DNA of 64,000 bases, taken from Octopus sinensis. Lineage: Eukaryota. Shown here in pieces: positions 25,976-38,669 of the stretch. Each line of letters opens with the position of its first letter. Position 1 is the first letter of the stretch. The position numbers were made by a program, and so were the translations under genes. The stretch is taken from positions 1 through 64,000 of the forward strand of contig NW_021835958.1 in assembly GCF_006345805.1 (NCBI RefSeq). Reading direction: 5' to 3'. Under the pieces are notes generated by a model, which ran no database searches, was not told where the DNA came from, and was given only the letters and a program-made list of their open reading frames with translations.

Positions 25976-26499
25976 AATAAAACTTGAAATAAGTGACTAG
26001 ATCTGCACTTACCCCTTTGTGTTATCAAACATCCTATCTATGAGGTCGAATTACTTCTAGTGATTCAACTAGGATTGCTATAAGAATCGGTTTGATTTGA
26101 TTGAAATTAAATGCAATATGATGGCTTATATTATGCTGTGGCAATGTCTCAGATTAGTCATCAACCAGAATGCAATAAATTTTATTTAGAAACCATACGA
26201 TAAAATTGCCTACCAAAATAGTTTGTAATTATGATCTATAGCCATACATGGCTTTACACTAACTATGATTTCACCACCACAACTACAATTACAACGATGA
26301 CGACGACGACCACCACCACCATTTTTCCATCTCTGTCATCACCACCACCGTTAGGGTTGTGTTTTCAGCATAATCTTCTCATCACCACTGTCATTGTCAT
26401 CACCACTACCATCATTATCATTTTTTTTTTGTCCACTTTCTCCATGTGGGACACACACTAACACACTAATAACAGCAACAACTGCAATGATAATTATAA

Positions 26500-27103
26500 T
26501 AATAATAACAACAACAACAATAATAGTAATGGTTCCAAATTTTGCCACGAGGGAAGGAGATGAGTCCATTATATGGACCCTAGTTTTCAGCTGATACTTA
26601 TTTTTACCAACTCCAAAAGGATGAAAGGCAAAGTTAGCCTTGGTTGAATTTGAACTCAGAACATAGCAATGGGCGAAATGCTGCTAAGCATTTCACCCAG
26701 TGTGCTTAATGATTCCGCCAGTTCGCCTCCTTAATAATGACAATAATAATAATAATGATAATGATGATAATAATAATAATAATAATAGGCCTTTCTATTA
26801 TAGGTACAAGGCCTGAAATTTGAGGGAAGGGATTAAGTCGATTACATCGACCCCAGTACTCAACTGGTACTTAATTTATCGATCCTGAAAGGATGAAAGG
26901 CAAAGTTGACCTTGGCAGAATTTGAACTCAGATCGGAGTGACAGACGAAATACTGCTAAGCATTTTGTCCAGCATGCTAACGATTCTGGCCAGCTCGCCG
27001 AAGACAGGCTTGCTGTCGAAATATTGTTTAACCAATAAAATAACTATTGCAATTGCATCGCCCTCTTCATTTTGTCTACTACTACTACTACTACTACTAC
27101 TAC

Positions 27104-27136
<33 letters not shown>

Positions 27137-27615
27137 TAATTGTTCCAAATTTTGCCATAAGGGCAGCTATTTTTGGGGAGGGGATGTGTCGATCACATCA
27201 ACCCCAGTACTCAACTGGTACTTAATTTATCAATCCCCAAAAGGATGAAAGGCAAAGTCAACCATGGCAGAATTTGAACTCAGATTGGAGTGATGGGCGA
27301 AATACCGCTAAGCATTTCATCCAGCGCACTAACAATTCTGCAGCATGCCGAAGACAGGCTTGCTGTCGAAATATCATTCAACCAATAAAATATCTATTGC
27401 AATCTCATTGCTTGCTTCGTCTTGTCTAATAATAATAATAATAATAATTTCAAATTTTGACACAAGGCCAGCAATTTTGGAGAAGTGAGTGAGTGATTTC
27501 ATTGATCCCAGTGTTCAACTAGTACTTACTTTATCAACCCCTAAAAGGATGAAAGGCAAAGTTGACTGTGATGGCAGTTGAACTCAGAATGTGAAGACGG
27601 ATGAAATGCCGCTAA
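26500..27615 (-). mobile_element. Head-to-tail cluster of four family A SINEs separated by (AAT)n
   Basis: gaactcaga cores at about 26653, 26923, 27276 and 27581, each preceded on + by an (AAT)n tract. Confidence 0.85.
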
Positions 27616-27782
27616 TGCCGAAATTAGACAGCCTTGTAGAGAAAAAAATATAAATTACTGCTGCATACCTGTGTTTATAAGGAACAATAAATACTTAAGT
27701 TCAATATATTTTTGTGTGCTTGTTGTTGTGTTGGTGGTGGTTTCATTTGATAGTACTCTGAAAGAATATATAGTAAATTAGT

Positions 27783-28045
27783 CTACTCTAATGGCAGTCT
27801 GTCCTTGAGCAGACCCTGTGCATGCGACTCTTCTCCTGCACTCTCTATACGACCTCTACCCTCCCCTGCCACCATTAAATGGATTACCGGAACTTTGGCT
27901 ACCATGACTAGACTTAGGTGAATACTGGAGTGGCTTCCCGTTGCATTCTCCAGGCAAGTAGGATTTGAACTCAGAACGTAGAGAGCAGGAAGATATATCA
28001 TAAAGCATTTCTCTTGACATGCCAGCAATTCTGCCACTCTCCCTC
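27783..28045 (-). mobile_element. Chimeric SINE: family A tRNA head plus RTE/BovB-like body
   Basis: Family A head followed by cctggagaatgcaacgggaagccactccagtatt (27921-27954), resembling the BovB/Bov-A motif cctggagaaggaaatggcaacccactccagtatt. Confidence 0.6.
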
Positions 28046-28489
28046 CCACAAACAATGACAAGTGTTATACACAAGAACACAACATGTTGCCCTGTCCGGG
28101 AATTGAACTCACGGTCTAATGATTGTGAATGCAACACCCCAACCACTAGGCCACATGCCTTCACAGTAAATTAGTCAATGGAAAAAAAAACCCAGTTCAG
28201 TTGTTGCTGTACTCATTTTACTGTACATAACTGGTACCAGCTCTGTGCAATAGTAACTTGGTAGACTAGATAGTAATAGTAGTCATTGTTTACATTAGTT
28301 ATATTTATGGCTACCCCATACACTATCAAGAATCCCACAACCTAAAAGGCCCCAAACTTATGTGTAACAATTCTAATTGTTAACCATTTGACAGATTTAC
28401 TGCCAGACAAGAACTAGGGTTATTTATTTACAAACAAAAGTAAATAAAAGAGTTGGCAGGTATCTAAATATTTAATTAGCTTCTTGGAA

Positions 28490-28526
<37 letters not shown>

Positions 28527-29542
28527 TGGAATGCAGGGAAGTGTCCATGACCTTTGCAGAATCCTTTAGACTGGTCAAGAAGGATGTAGAGTAATGTTTC
28601 TCATTCATTTTTTACCTGTGAACACCTTTTATCCTACTGGGATGGAACCTCCTAGCCATTCGATCTTAAAAAGAAAATCATAATATATTTTTATCATTAA
28701 AGTATTCGGAATTGTATAAAATATTGTGGATATTGTAGAAGTGTAACCAATTTATTGTAGATAGATTTTAACACAAAAAAAAATTCTTATATGGACTCTT
28801 AAGGGACGTTTGGACACTGGTTGAGAACCACTGATGTAGATAATGTGCAGCCTCAATATTGGCAAATGACTGTCTCCACCAAAAATATGAGTAGGGGGTG
28901 AATTAGTGCTCTGGTCTGGATGCTTGCAAAAGACTAGGTTCATTATAATCACCTCAGTATCAGGTGGTGGTGTCGGTGGAAGCTAAAGCATTGGCGGCAG
29001 TGGGGCAGGTACAGTGGCATAGGTATAAACACAGGTATGCTGCCAGGTATGGCCTTCAAGATTGCCCTGATCACTGTACAGGCTTATACAGCAGACCCAA
29101 AGAGCTGTTCCCATGCAAGTGCTGCTCTGGGCAGACTGCCCCTTGGCTCCCAACCTAGCTATTCTACTGTAGAAATTGGGATAGTTTCTGGTTTAATGGG
29201 CCAGTAGACTTGAGACTGGTGCAGCTAGAGTGTGCCACCCAAGGTAGTCCTTCAGTTGCTTTCCTCCTCCACCCATCCAACTCCAGCTTATACAGCAGAC
29301 GTACAAGTTCCACCCCCCCATAAAAACATCACTTGGAGAAGACCTTTCCTTTGCCTCCCACTCCTCCCAGCTAAGCTACTGTAGTGGTAGTTCAAGCAGG
29401 CAGCATTCTGGGCCTTTGATCTTTATTATCTCTTGATCTTGGTAAGATATATATATATTTTTTTCATTATTGAAACATTTAAAGAACTAGCTGGTCTATT
29501 CTATATAAACCCCTCCTCATTGTTCTGATGTTCCTTAATTAA

Positions 29543-29758
<216 letters not shown>

Positions 29759-30648
29759 TAATTCAGAATTGAATAGATTTATCAACACCATGCCCCTTGT
29801 AACCACCATCATATCATATTCCTTGTTGTGAAATGTCATTTGGATTTCTGAATTCACTCCATTTATTATCATATTTGATGGCATAAAAGACACACATGCA
29901 TATTTGATGTGCTCAAATTTCAGCAGTGAAAATTCAGGATAAGATTTTTATGCATTAAAACTTATGAGAGGCCCAACTTCACATATAGGACACAGGGTGA
30001 TTTTTTTGAGACATGTTTTGGTAAAATGTGCCGTTAGATACCATAAAACATTGTATATTCCTGACCGTAATATCTGGTAATTTCATGCTCTTTTACTCTT
30101 TTACTTATTTCAGTCATGTGACTGTGGCCATGCTGAAGCACTGCCTTTAGTCGAGCAAATCGACCCCAGGACTTATTTTTGTAAGCCTAGTACCTATTCT
30201 ATCGGTCTCTTTTGCCGAACTGCTAACTAATGGGGACGTAAACACACCAGTATCAGTTGTCAAGTGATGTTGGGGGGACAAACACACATACATATATCAT
30301 CATCATCATCCTTTAACGTCCGCTTTCCATGCTAGCATGGGTTGGACAATTTGACTTAGGACTGGCGAACCAAATGGCTGCGCCAGTCTCCAATCTAATC
30401 TGGCAGAGTTTCTACAGCTGGATGCCCTTCCTAATGCCAACCACTCCGAGAGTGTAGTGGGTGCTTTTGCATGCCACCTGCACATATATATATATATGCC
30501 ACCTGTATATATATATATATATATATATGTCACCTGTACATATATATATATATATATATGCATTGTCAACAGTTTTTGTATTTTTCTGTCAAGATTACAT
30601 ATTTCAGTAATTGGCCAGTTAATGATATTGAAACTGTAAGTCACGACT

Positions 30649-30688
<40 letters not shown>

Positions 30689-33098
30689 CATACATAGGGC
30701 TTCTTTCAGTTTCTGTCGACCAAATCCACTCACAAGGCTTTGGTCGGCCTGAGGCTATAGTAGAAGACACTTGCCCAAGGTGCCACGCAGTGGGACTGAA
30801 CCCGGAACCATGTGGTTCGTAAGCAAGCTACTCACCACACAGCCACTCCTACGCCTATAAAAATGAACGTCCCTGGGTGCAGATATTTTCACTATGCTAT
30901 AATATCCTTAACAATATTGAATGTGAGGAGTGTCAACTGTTTCTATCTGTTAAGATATCTTCATTCTGCAGTATTTTTCTATGATGTGACTTATTAGGAA
31001 TAGTAGCCAAATTCTCCTTTAATTATCCTGTAACGTTTTAGAAAAGAAGAAGCATTAACAGTGTATCCCTAGATGCAATAACTGTGAGAAGCTGAAGTGC
31101 AAGATGATCGTGGTTGGAACATCTTTGACCATAGAGCTAATCAGTCAGAATGACCCTGGGAGAAATATCAAGTAATCACACCAAGACAACACCATCCTGA
31201 ACATTCTGTTTCTCTCACCAGAAACTTGCTCAAGTGCATGTGCACACACACACATAGTCTCTCTCTCTCTCTAAATAGCCAAACTGCCCTTAAATCACAT
31301 GAACAACACTGTAAAGATTATGTTACCTGAAGGAAAATATCTCAGGGCAACATTCTACTTACTAAACACACATAAGCTAAGATCTCGCATATGTACATAT
31401 AGGAGTTTTTTTCACAAAGAAAGGGGTTATCCATGAAATTATTAGACAAGAACTTTTTTCAGGGCAGGGTGGTTAAACTCAGAAAACAGTAAGCAAGGGA
31501 AGTAACTCGATTATGATCAATTGGTTGAGCTTTTGCAAGAAGGGAAAACATGGAAGTGAATTTGGTCTTTAGTCATCTCTGAAAGCAGTGAACATATTTC
31601 AGACTTATTAAATCTCCTCAGTAAAACAAATTTACTCACTTGGCAAGACCAAGAATTCACTATTGACCATGACTCCATCTTACCATTTTCTGTATTCACC
31701 TTCGTCCCCCATCTCTAACCATCAGTCATGAAGGCTTGTGGCATAGTGGTGTATATTTGGCTCAGGATCATAAGTTTGTTGTGAGTTTGAATCCCAGCAG
31801 CACATTGTCTCCTTGAGCAAAACACTTTATTTCATGTCCACTCAGCTATCAAAAATAAATTGTACCTGTAATTCAAAGAGCCAGCCTTGTCAAATTCTGT
31901 GTCATGCTGAGTCCCTCTGAGAACTACGTTAAAGGCATACATATCAGTTGGGTGTTCAGCCACTTGCACATTAATTTCACCAGTAGGCTGTTTGGTTGAT
32001 CGTATCAACTGGAACCCTTGTTGTGACCAACAGAGTGCCTGTTGTCATAACCACATATCACTCTCCTTTCACATTCTAGTGAATTCCTGATCCTCCGTCT
32101 CTATTCTCTTATATTCACCTTCTTGTACCTTAGGGGGTATGTCCTGACATCTCATCACCATAAATTTTATCTTTCTTTGCAGTTGGAGTAGCTTGTGTCT
32201 CTTCAAGCAAGGCACCTGTTTTGATCATTCTGTCATACTTTACCTCTCAGCACTGTGCACTCAGCAACCTCTCTCAATACTACTCCCTGCTCAGCTAAGA
32301 GGTTTGTCTGACAAGTTACTTGGCTACCTCTCTAGTGTTGGCACCATGGAAAAAGCTTCCAGTACACTCTGTAGAGTGTTTTGGCATTGGGAAGAGCATC
32401 AAGCTATAGAAACCACACCAAAGCAGATGTTAGAGTTTGACACAATATTCTAGCTTGTCAGATTCTGTAAAACCTTCCAGGCCATGCCAGCATTGAAGAC
32501 AACATTGATTGCAGAAGTACACACTCTCTCTCACTCAAGACTGCAATAGGACATATTCGAGAGGTCATGATTTGGTATTGAGTTTCTGAAGTTTTCTTGT
32601 AAACTTTTATCAGTCACTTCTATTGCATAGGCCTGGATGTTTAGCACAGAATTGGTTAGAATCAGTCAATAATTACATCATCATTGTGGTCATCATTATT
32701 ATTTTTACCATCACCACCACCACCACCTTATCACTATCACAAGCATTATCATTGCTGTTCACACTACTTCTCTCGACCACTTCTATTGCTACTAATTTCC
32801 ACCTCTGACCATCTGAACTAACAAGCTGCTTACCACCTCAGCTCAATCACATTTGATGCACCTACCTCTCCTCTTCACATCCACTCAACTACGTTTTCAC
32901 CAACACAATTTTACATTGAAACTTTGAAAGCTACTAGGACTCTCTGGGAATCGTTCCCTGTCCACGTTTTTACTACAGGTACCAACACCTACAAATATTC
33001 AAAGTAACAATAAACCACATGAATCTTATCAGTCTGGAAGCACTTGCAAAGGTTACAGGCTCTCTCTCTCCTCCTTCTAAATAATAGATATATAAATA

Positions 33099-33640
33099 AA
33101 CAAGCGCACTCAGAGAGTGCAAACCTCTGCCAAAGCAACACCAACGTCCTCTCAATGTTTAGCCAGAGAGAATTTTAAACATGAGAATCATCATCATCAT
33201 CGTTTAACGTCCGTTTTCCGCGCTAGCATGGGTTGGACGGTTCGACCGGGGTCTGGGAAGCCAGTCGAACTGTCCAACCCGTGCTAGCGCGGAAAACGGA
33301 CGTTAAACGATGATGATGATGATTCTCATTTTTAAAATTCTCTCTGGCTAATCAGAGAATATATGAAATAAACTCGACTGCTCTCACAAACAAGAATACT
33401 AAAAATGAACCCGACCACTCTCAAAAATTAAGTAAAAAAAAAAACAGGAAAAATAATCCAGAATCCTTGTCTGATGCTGGATCAATCTCAAAATCTAATC
33501 AGTTCATGCCAGTCACGAGGCCAAACATCCCCGAAAATTTCATCCGAACCATCCAGCAAGTGTTGAGATATCTTGTCCATGGACAAACAAACAAATACAA
33601 CTGAAAACAATACCTCCACCTTCGCTAGGGTGGAGGTGAT
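33099..33640. mobile_element. Family D (HINE-like) copy containing an inverted duplication
   Basis: Aligns with 14006-14373 on both sides of 33159-33351; perfect 9-bp hairpin acctccacc/ggtggaggt at 33612-33637. Confidence 0.6.
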
Positions 33641-33760
33641 AAATAATCACTGTCCACTATGCCCACCACTGTCATCACCATGCGCACCATTTATTACTGC
33701 CACCACCACTGTCATTCTTACTTCCAGTTTCAAATTTTTCTTGTTTCCTTCTGTTTTCAG

Positions 33761-33913
33761 CATTTGGTGTGTTGTTATGGGAGCTGGCTACCTATGGCAT
33801 GTCCCCTTACCCTGGTGCTGATCTCACTGAAGTCTATCACTTACTGGAACGTGGTTACCGTATGGAACGGCCAGCAGGATGTCCACTTAATGTCCACTTG
33901 CTTATGCTGAAAT
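33761..33913 (+). CDS. Abl: Abl kinase exon: C-lobe, [22 protein letters not shown]...[11 protein letters not shown]
   Basis: tttcag acceptor, gtaatt donor, 153 nt, phase 1 to 1. Confidence 0.96.
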
Positions 33914-34129
33914 GTAATTATTAAGTCGCATTTCAGATTTTCTACCCACTTTTTTTTTTGTTTTTTATGTAGTGTGTGCATGTATTGTAATACATGTGTG
34001 TGTTTTGTGTGCGTGTGTGTGTGTGTGGAAAAGAGAGAGATATATGTAAGCAAGAGAGAGAGAGAAAGGGACTCAAATGTGAGCATGTTTGAGAAAAAAG
34101 GAGATAAATGTGAGCAAGAGAGAGATAAA

Positions 34130-34160
<31 letters not shown>

Positions 34161-35458
34161 CAAAGCAATGATAAACAGCAGGGGAAGGTTAACCTGCATA
34201 TAGAAATTCTATGGATAGCTGACAATGTTTGGTTTCTCTTCTTTAAATTATTGAAGTTTATATCTCGGTTTCATGAGGCTTTTTTGTAATTCGCAATACA
34301 GGTAGGTAATATCGAATTTAAACACTTCTTGACACATGTATTTAGGAACTTTTACAATTTACAAGTGGTAGCTGAGCTATAAATCATTGCCACCAATGTG
34401 ATATCTTCTGAAAGCTCACAAAGGAGCTTACCTATGTAATCATTTGACCTGCTGGAAATAACAGCCAAGTCCTCTTTGTATCCATTGTTTAGTGTCTGAT
34501 GAAAGACAGTTTATAAAACATAGTCCTAGATATGCTATTTGAAAAAAAAATATCTTTGCTTATAGATTTTCTCCATGAAGGCTACCTAGGGTTAAACAAT
34601 AACATTTATTTCTTAACTGCCCCGCAGGGGGCTAAACACAGAGGGGACAAACAAGGACAGACAAAGGGGATAAGTCAATTACACCAACCCCAGTGCGTAA
34701 CTGGTACTGATTTAATCGACCCTGAAAGGATGAAAGGCAAAGTCAACCTCGGCAGAATTTGAACTCAGAATGTAGTGGCAAATGAAATACTGCTAAGCAT
34801 TTAGCATTTCACCTGGTATGCTAACGATCCTGCCAGCTTGCCATTAAGCAACAACATTGTCTCCCTGCTAAGGAAGCATCTGTATGTGATGTTGTCATAA
34901 AGCAACTTGGACAGGGCCAACTTAGGTTAATTTAGAGCGGAAGCAATTTGCAAAACAGTGCCTAGCATTTTTATCATCACCCCCACCATACAGTATTATG
35001 AGTCAGTGAGGAGCTTTTATGCCATTGCTGGTGAATCAATGGCTCACAAATCTCATATAGCTCTTGAAGCTACCATGTGCAAACATCATCATCATCATCA
35101 TTTAACATCCGTTTTCCATGCTAGTATGGGTTGGATGGTTCAACCGGGGTCTGGGAAGCCAGGAGGCTGCACCAGGCTCCATTCTGATCTGGCAGTGTTT
35201 CTACAGCTGGATGCCCTTCCTAATGCCAACCATTCCATGAGTGTAGTGGGTACTTTTTACGTGCCACCGGCACAGGGGCCAGAGGAGGCTGGCAACGGCC
35301 ACGATCAGTTGGTGCTTTTTATGTGCCACCAGCACAGAAGCCCTCAAAATAATATTTGATATTGGGTTTCAGTGCTATTTTCCCTTAGACTATATTCTTT
35401 AGAAATACAGGAATGGGAGAAATTGGAATACTTTATAGACCCTGCTTTTCTCACTATC

Positions 35459-35506
<48 letters not shown>

Positions 35507-35966
35507 TACATACATATAAATAATAATATTATAATTTTAAAAAAATATGTTGTGACTTTTGAATTTAAGAAAAATTTATTTAGCTTTTCTAATCAAACAA
35601 CATGGCTACCCCTGCTTCGTGCAGTCATTCAATCTAGTAAAAACAGGAGCCAAACCTCATTGAAATCACACCCTACTGTCTTACAAGAAGAAAATTTAAT
35701 GACACATTGGATAGTGTAGTATTTGACAATAAAGCTGAAAAAATAGTTGGGATGGTCATAGCTGGAATGCTTTTAAATCATAGATCTGTTCTTGAACTGA
35801 ACAACTGGATTATTAATACAATGACCATTTCTCTTCATGTGCTATGCCTACATGGTTTTTTTGTTGGGGTGGGATACAGCAGTAGTTTCCTCATTGTCTT
35901 TTGCTGATTTATTTGCAGTTTAACTGCTCTTTCAAAGTAACAATTTAACACATAGACCCTAGTTAA

Positions 35967-36490
35967 CCCCTTGACGCTGGTATTACACGAAGCATGCAAG
36001 ACACTGCTCTGGGTTTTTTTTTATCTAAAGAAGCCATGCAAACACACAAGTGCCAACGAGCTCACATCTATTTATGTTCACCTTTACAATAATATAGCGT
36101 CGTACATTTACGTCTACCGGTTTATGAAAATGAACTATGTGAAGCTATTTATCATAATATGATATGCACGAGTTATTCTGCTCAAGTTAAAAAAATAGCT
36201 TGTGTGTGGGACAACCCAAAACACGTTATTATGCATTTAATGTATCTGCATGTCATTGGTCTACTGCTAGTCTTATGACTTGAATATAACCTAAAATAGG
36301 TAAGATAATGCACGGGACGGTGAGCGTGCACACTTTAAGAGATAAAGTACACGATAGCAAATGTAAGCATATTCCAGCCGCTAAAAAGTCCGTAATAGAT
36401 GTAGGGCAGCTCTACATCGTATATTTACGTTAACCGCTGGTAGGCAAACAAGAGTGTGATCGCATATTTGCGTCAACCGTTGTCAAGGGG
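35967..36490. mobile_element. TTAA-flanked MITE, family T4 (524 bp)
   Basis: TTAA-CCCCTTGAC ... GTCAAGGGG-TTAA; three internal TCGYAYATTTRCGTY(A/T)ACCG repeats (about 36100, 36418, 36460). Confidence 0.8.
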
Positions 36491-37673
36491 TTAACCTTTA
36501 GGCAGAGGGGCTGGTTCATGTTACTTCAGGGCATCCCCACACATTAACGAGCTTGCGTGATAGATGTCTAGGAGTCAGCCCTCCTCCGGGATCTTGTTTC
36601 TATTAATCTCAGCATCATCTTCTACTATATAATCAATGATTAAAGTTACTTAACAGCTGTTTCCATCCCAGGCCAAAGTGAACTGGAAGTAGTAGTGACT
36701 AGGCGGTAACTTGACATGCTCCAAAACCTCTGAACTTCTGAGCTGGAGCCATATTATCAGATGCTGTTTAACCCTTACTGCACTGGAGCCAAGTATACCT
36801 GGTTCCATGCATGTGCACTTGTGACATGGGGGCCAAGTTAATTTGTTATTGATTATGGGGTACTTTCTGGAACTCTCCACTTTTCATATGACATAGTACA
36901 CACATTTTATTTTTACTGGCCAATTAGTTCAGTATTTGCGTGTTAGTATGAAAAAATTTAATCAGCTCAGTGAGGATTTAATGTCTTACCTTAGACCAAA
37001 TATAATGACACAAAAACATTAAGACATTCATTGTTGACAGTAAGAAACTCAGGTGTATTCACTGACATACATCTCACATATTAATGAAGAACTACAGTCT
37101 TAGTTGACAGTGTCATATTCCCCCTGGTTGCGTCAGCTGTTTCCTAGACTCTCAGATCTGAGTAAGAATAGAAAGTTGACTATTAAGATCTAACCAGCAG
37201 AAGATAAGGGAACTGTCTGACTCATAGAGCTAGCTATTTGCTGCTGTCCTACTGCTAGTTGCTAAGGCTCAATGAAAAGTTATTTGGTCTTTGAAAATTT
37301 TTGGAACTCCAAATTACGGATTCAGTGTTGTCAGTTTATAATTGTATAGTTTTGCTATTTTTGTTGTTGTTTAACCCTGGGCCAGGAGTTCATTGTTCAA
37401 TAAAGGGATATTTGCTATTTCTTGCAGTTCAAGCAACTGGTAAAGTTTTTTTCTCCCATTGGCTCATCTTTTTCTTTTGTTGGCTTTACCATCCATTTAT
37501 CTATGATATTGATGATTGTGACATTAAAGTGCTTGATTACTGATTGCATACTCATGTGTTGAAGCAACCAAAGTATTGTGCCCCAGGGTGAAGCTCATAT
37601 GTTTACCTGACTTAGTTTATCTAGATGACACACAGTCCCTACATGTCACTGTTGCATGGTTAGTGGTAGTCAA

Positions 37674-37905
37674 GGCAGCGAGCTGGCAGAAACGTTAGCA
37701 CGCTGGGCGAAATGCTTAGCAGTATTTCGTCTGCTGCTACGTTCTGAGTTCAAATTCCGCCGAGGTCAACTTTGCCTTTCATCCTTTCAGGGTCAATTAA
37801 ATAAGTACCAGTTACGCTCTGGGATCGATATAATCGACTTAATCCGTCTGTCTGTCCTTGTTTGTCCCTTCTGTGTTTAGCCCCTTGTGGGTAGTAAAGA
37901 AATAG
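37674..37905 (+). mobile_element. tRNA-derived SINE family A, young copy (A3 tail)
   Basis: A-box-like agctggcagaaacgttag, B-box-like gagttcaaattcc, many CpGs retained. Other family A copies: + 20961-21168, 51738-51905; - 15628-15856, 17617-17879, 18555-18810, 18835-18968, 34600-34842, 52695-52905, 53160-53270. Confidence 0.85.
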
Positions 37906-38579
37906 GTTAGTGGTGGTAGTAGTAGTAGTAGTAGTAACTCCAAACTCACTCTAAAATTCAGTTGCTGCAACAATACATGCATCTGAGAAAACCTTTCTCC
38001 CCCATACACTACCCCATTTATATGATTTTGGAACCATTTATATAGAACAGAGGGGTAAAAATACATTATGAGCTAAATCTTTTGATGTTAACTTACTTTT
38101 ATAAGAGAAACCACTTCTGCTTCTATGATACAAAACCATCTGTTTTGAAGAGTTTATATTGAAATCTAAACCTTCTATTGTAATTTTTATGTAAGAACCT
38201 TTTATTATGTTCCAAATGCCAGCTTAATAATAGAGAAGTTAGATATTTTTCTAAACTCTTTGCAAATTCTTGATGGTTGAAACACCTGAATGGTAAAATA
38301 TTATCACAAAAGGATTAAGTGGATTTATGAACTGACTGAATAAATTCGACTGTCTATTATTTAAAGTGAAAATGTATGAAGTAAAATGTAAACAAAAGAT
38401 TTTGGCCTAGATATTTATAAGTACTTTTAGATATTAACAAAGTTTTATTTTGAAATAATTAATGAATTGTTGTTTCGAGCTATTAATGAAATATTGATCT
38501 GCTTTTGAAAAACGTTTACAAAGTACTCAACCTCAATTATATTTTTCTTCAATATTTTTCTGTTTTTTTTCTTTTGCAG

Positions 38580-38669
38580 GCTGGCAGTGGGAAGCCAAAG
38601 AAAGGCCTACATTTAAAGACATCCACAATGCTTTAGAAAATATGTTTGAAAAATCCAGTATTAGTGAAG
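38580..38669 (+). CDS. Abl: Abl kinase exon: end of kinase, CWQWEAKERPTFKDIHNALENMFEKSSISE
   Basis: ttgcag acceptor, gttggt donor, 90 nt, phase 1 to 1. Confidence 0.96.

Noticed and set aside
32050-32450. Possible minus-strand CCHC knuckle / LINE ORF1 remnant
   Set aside because: Needs several frameshifts to see the motif; too degraded to call.
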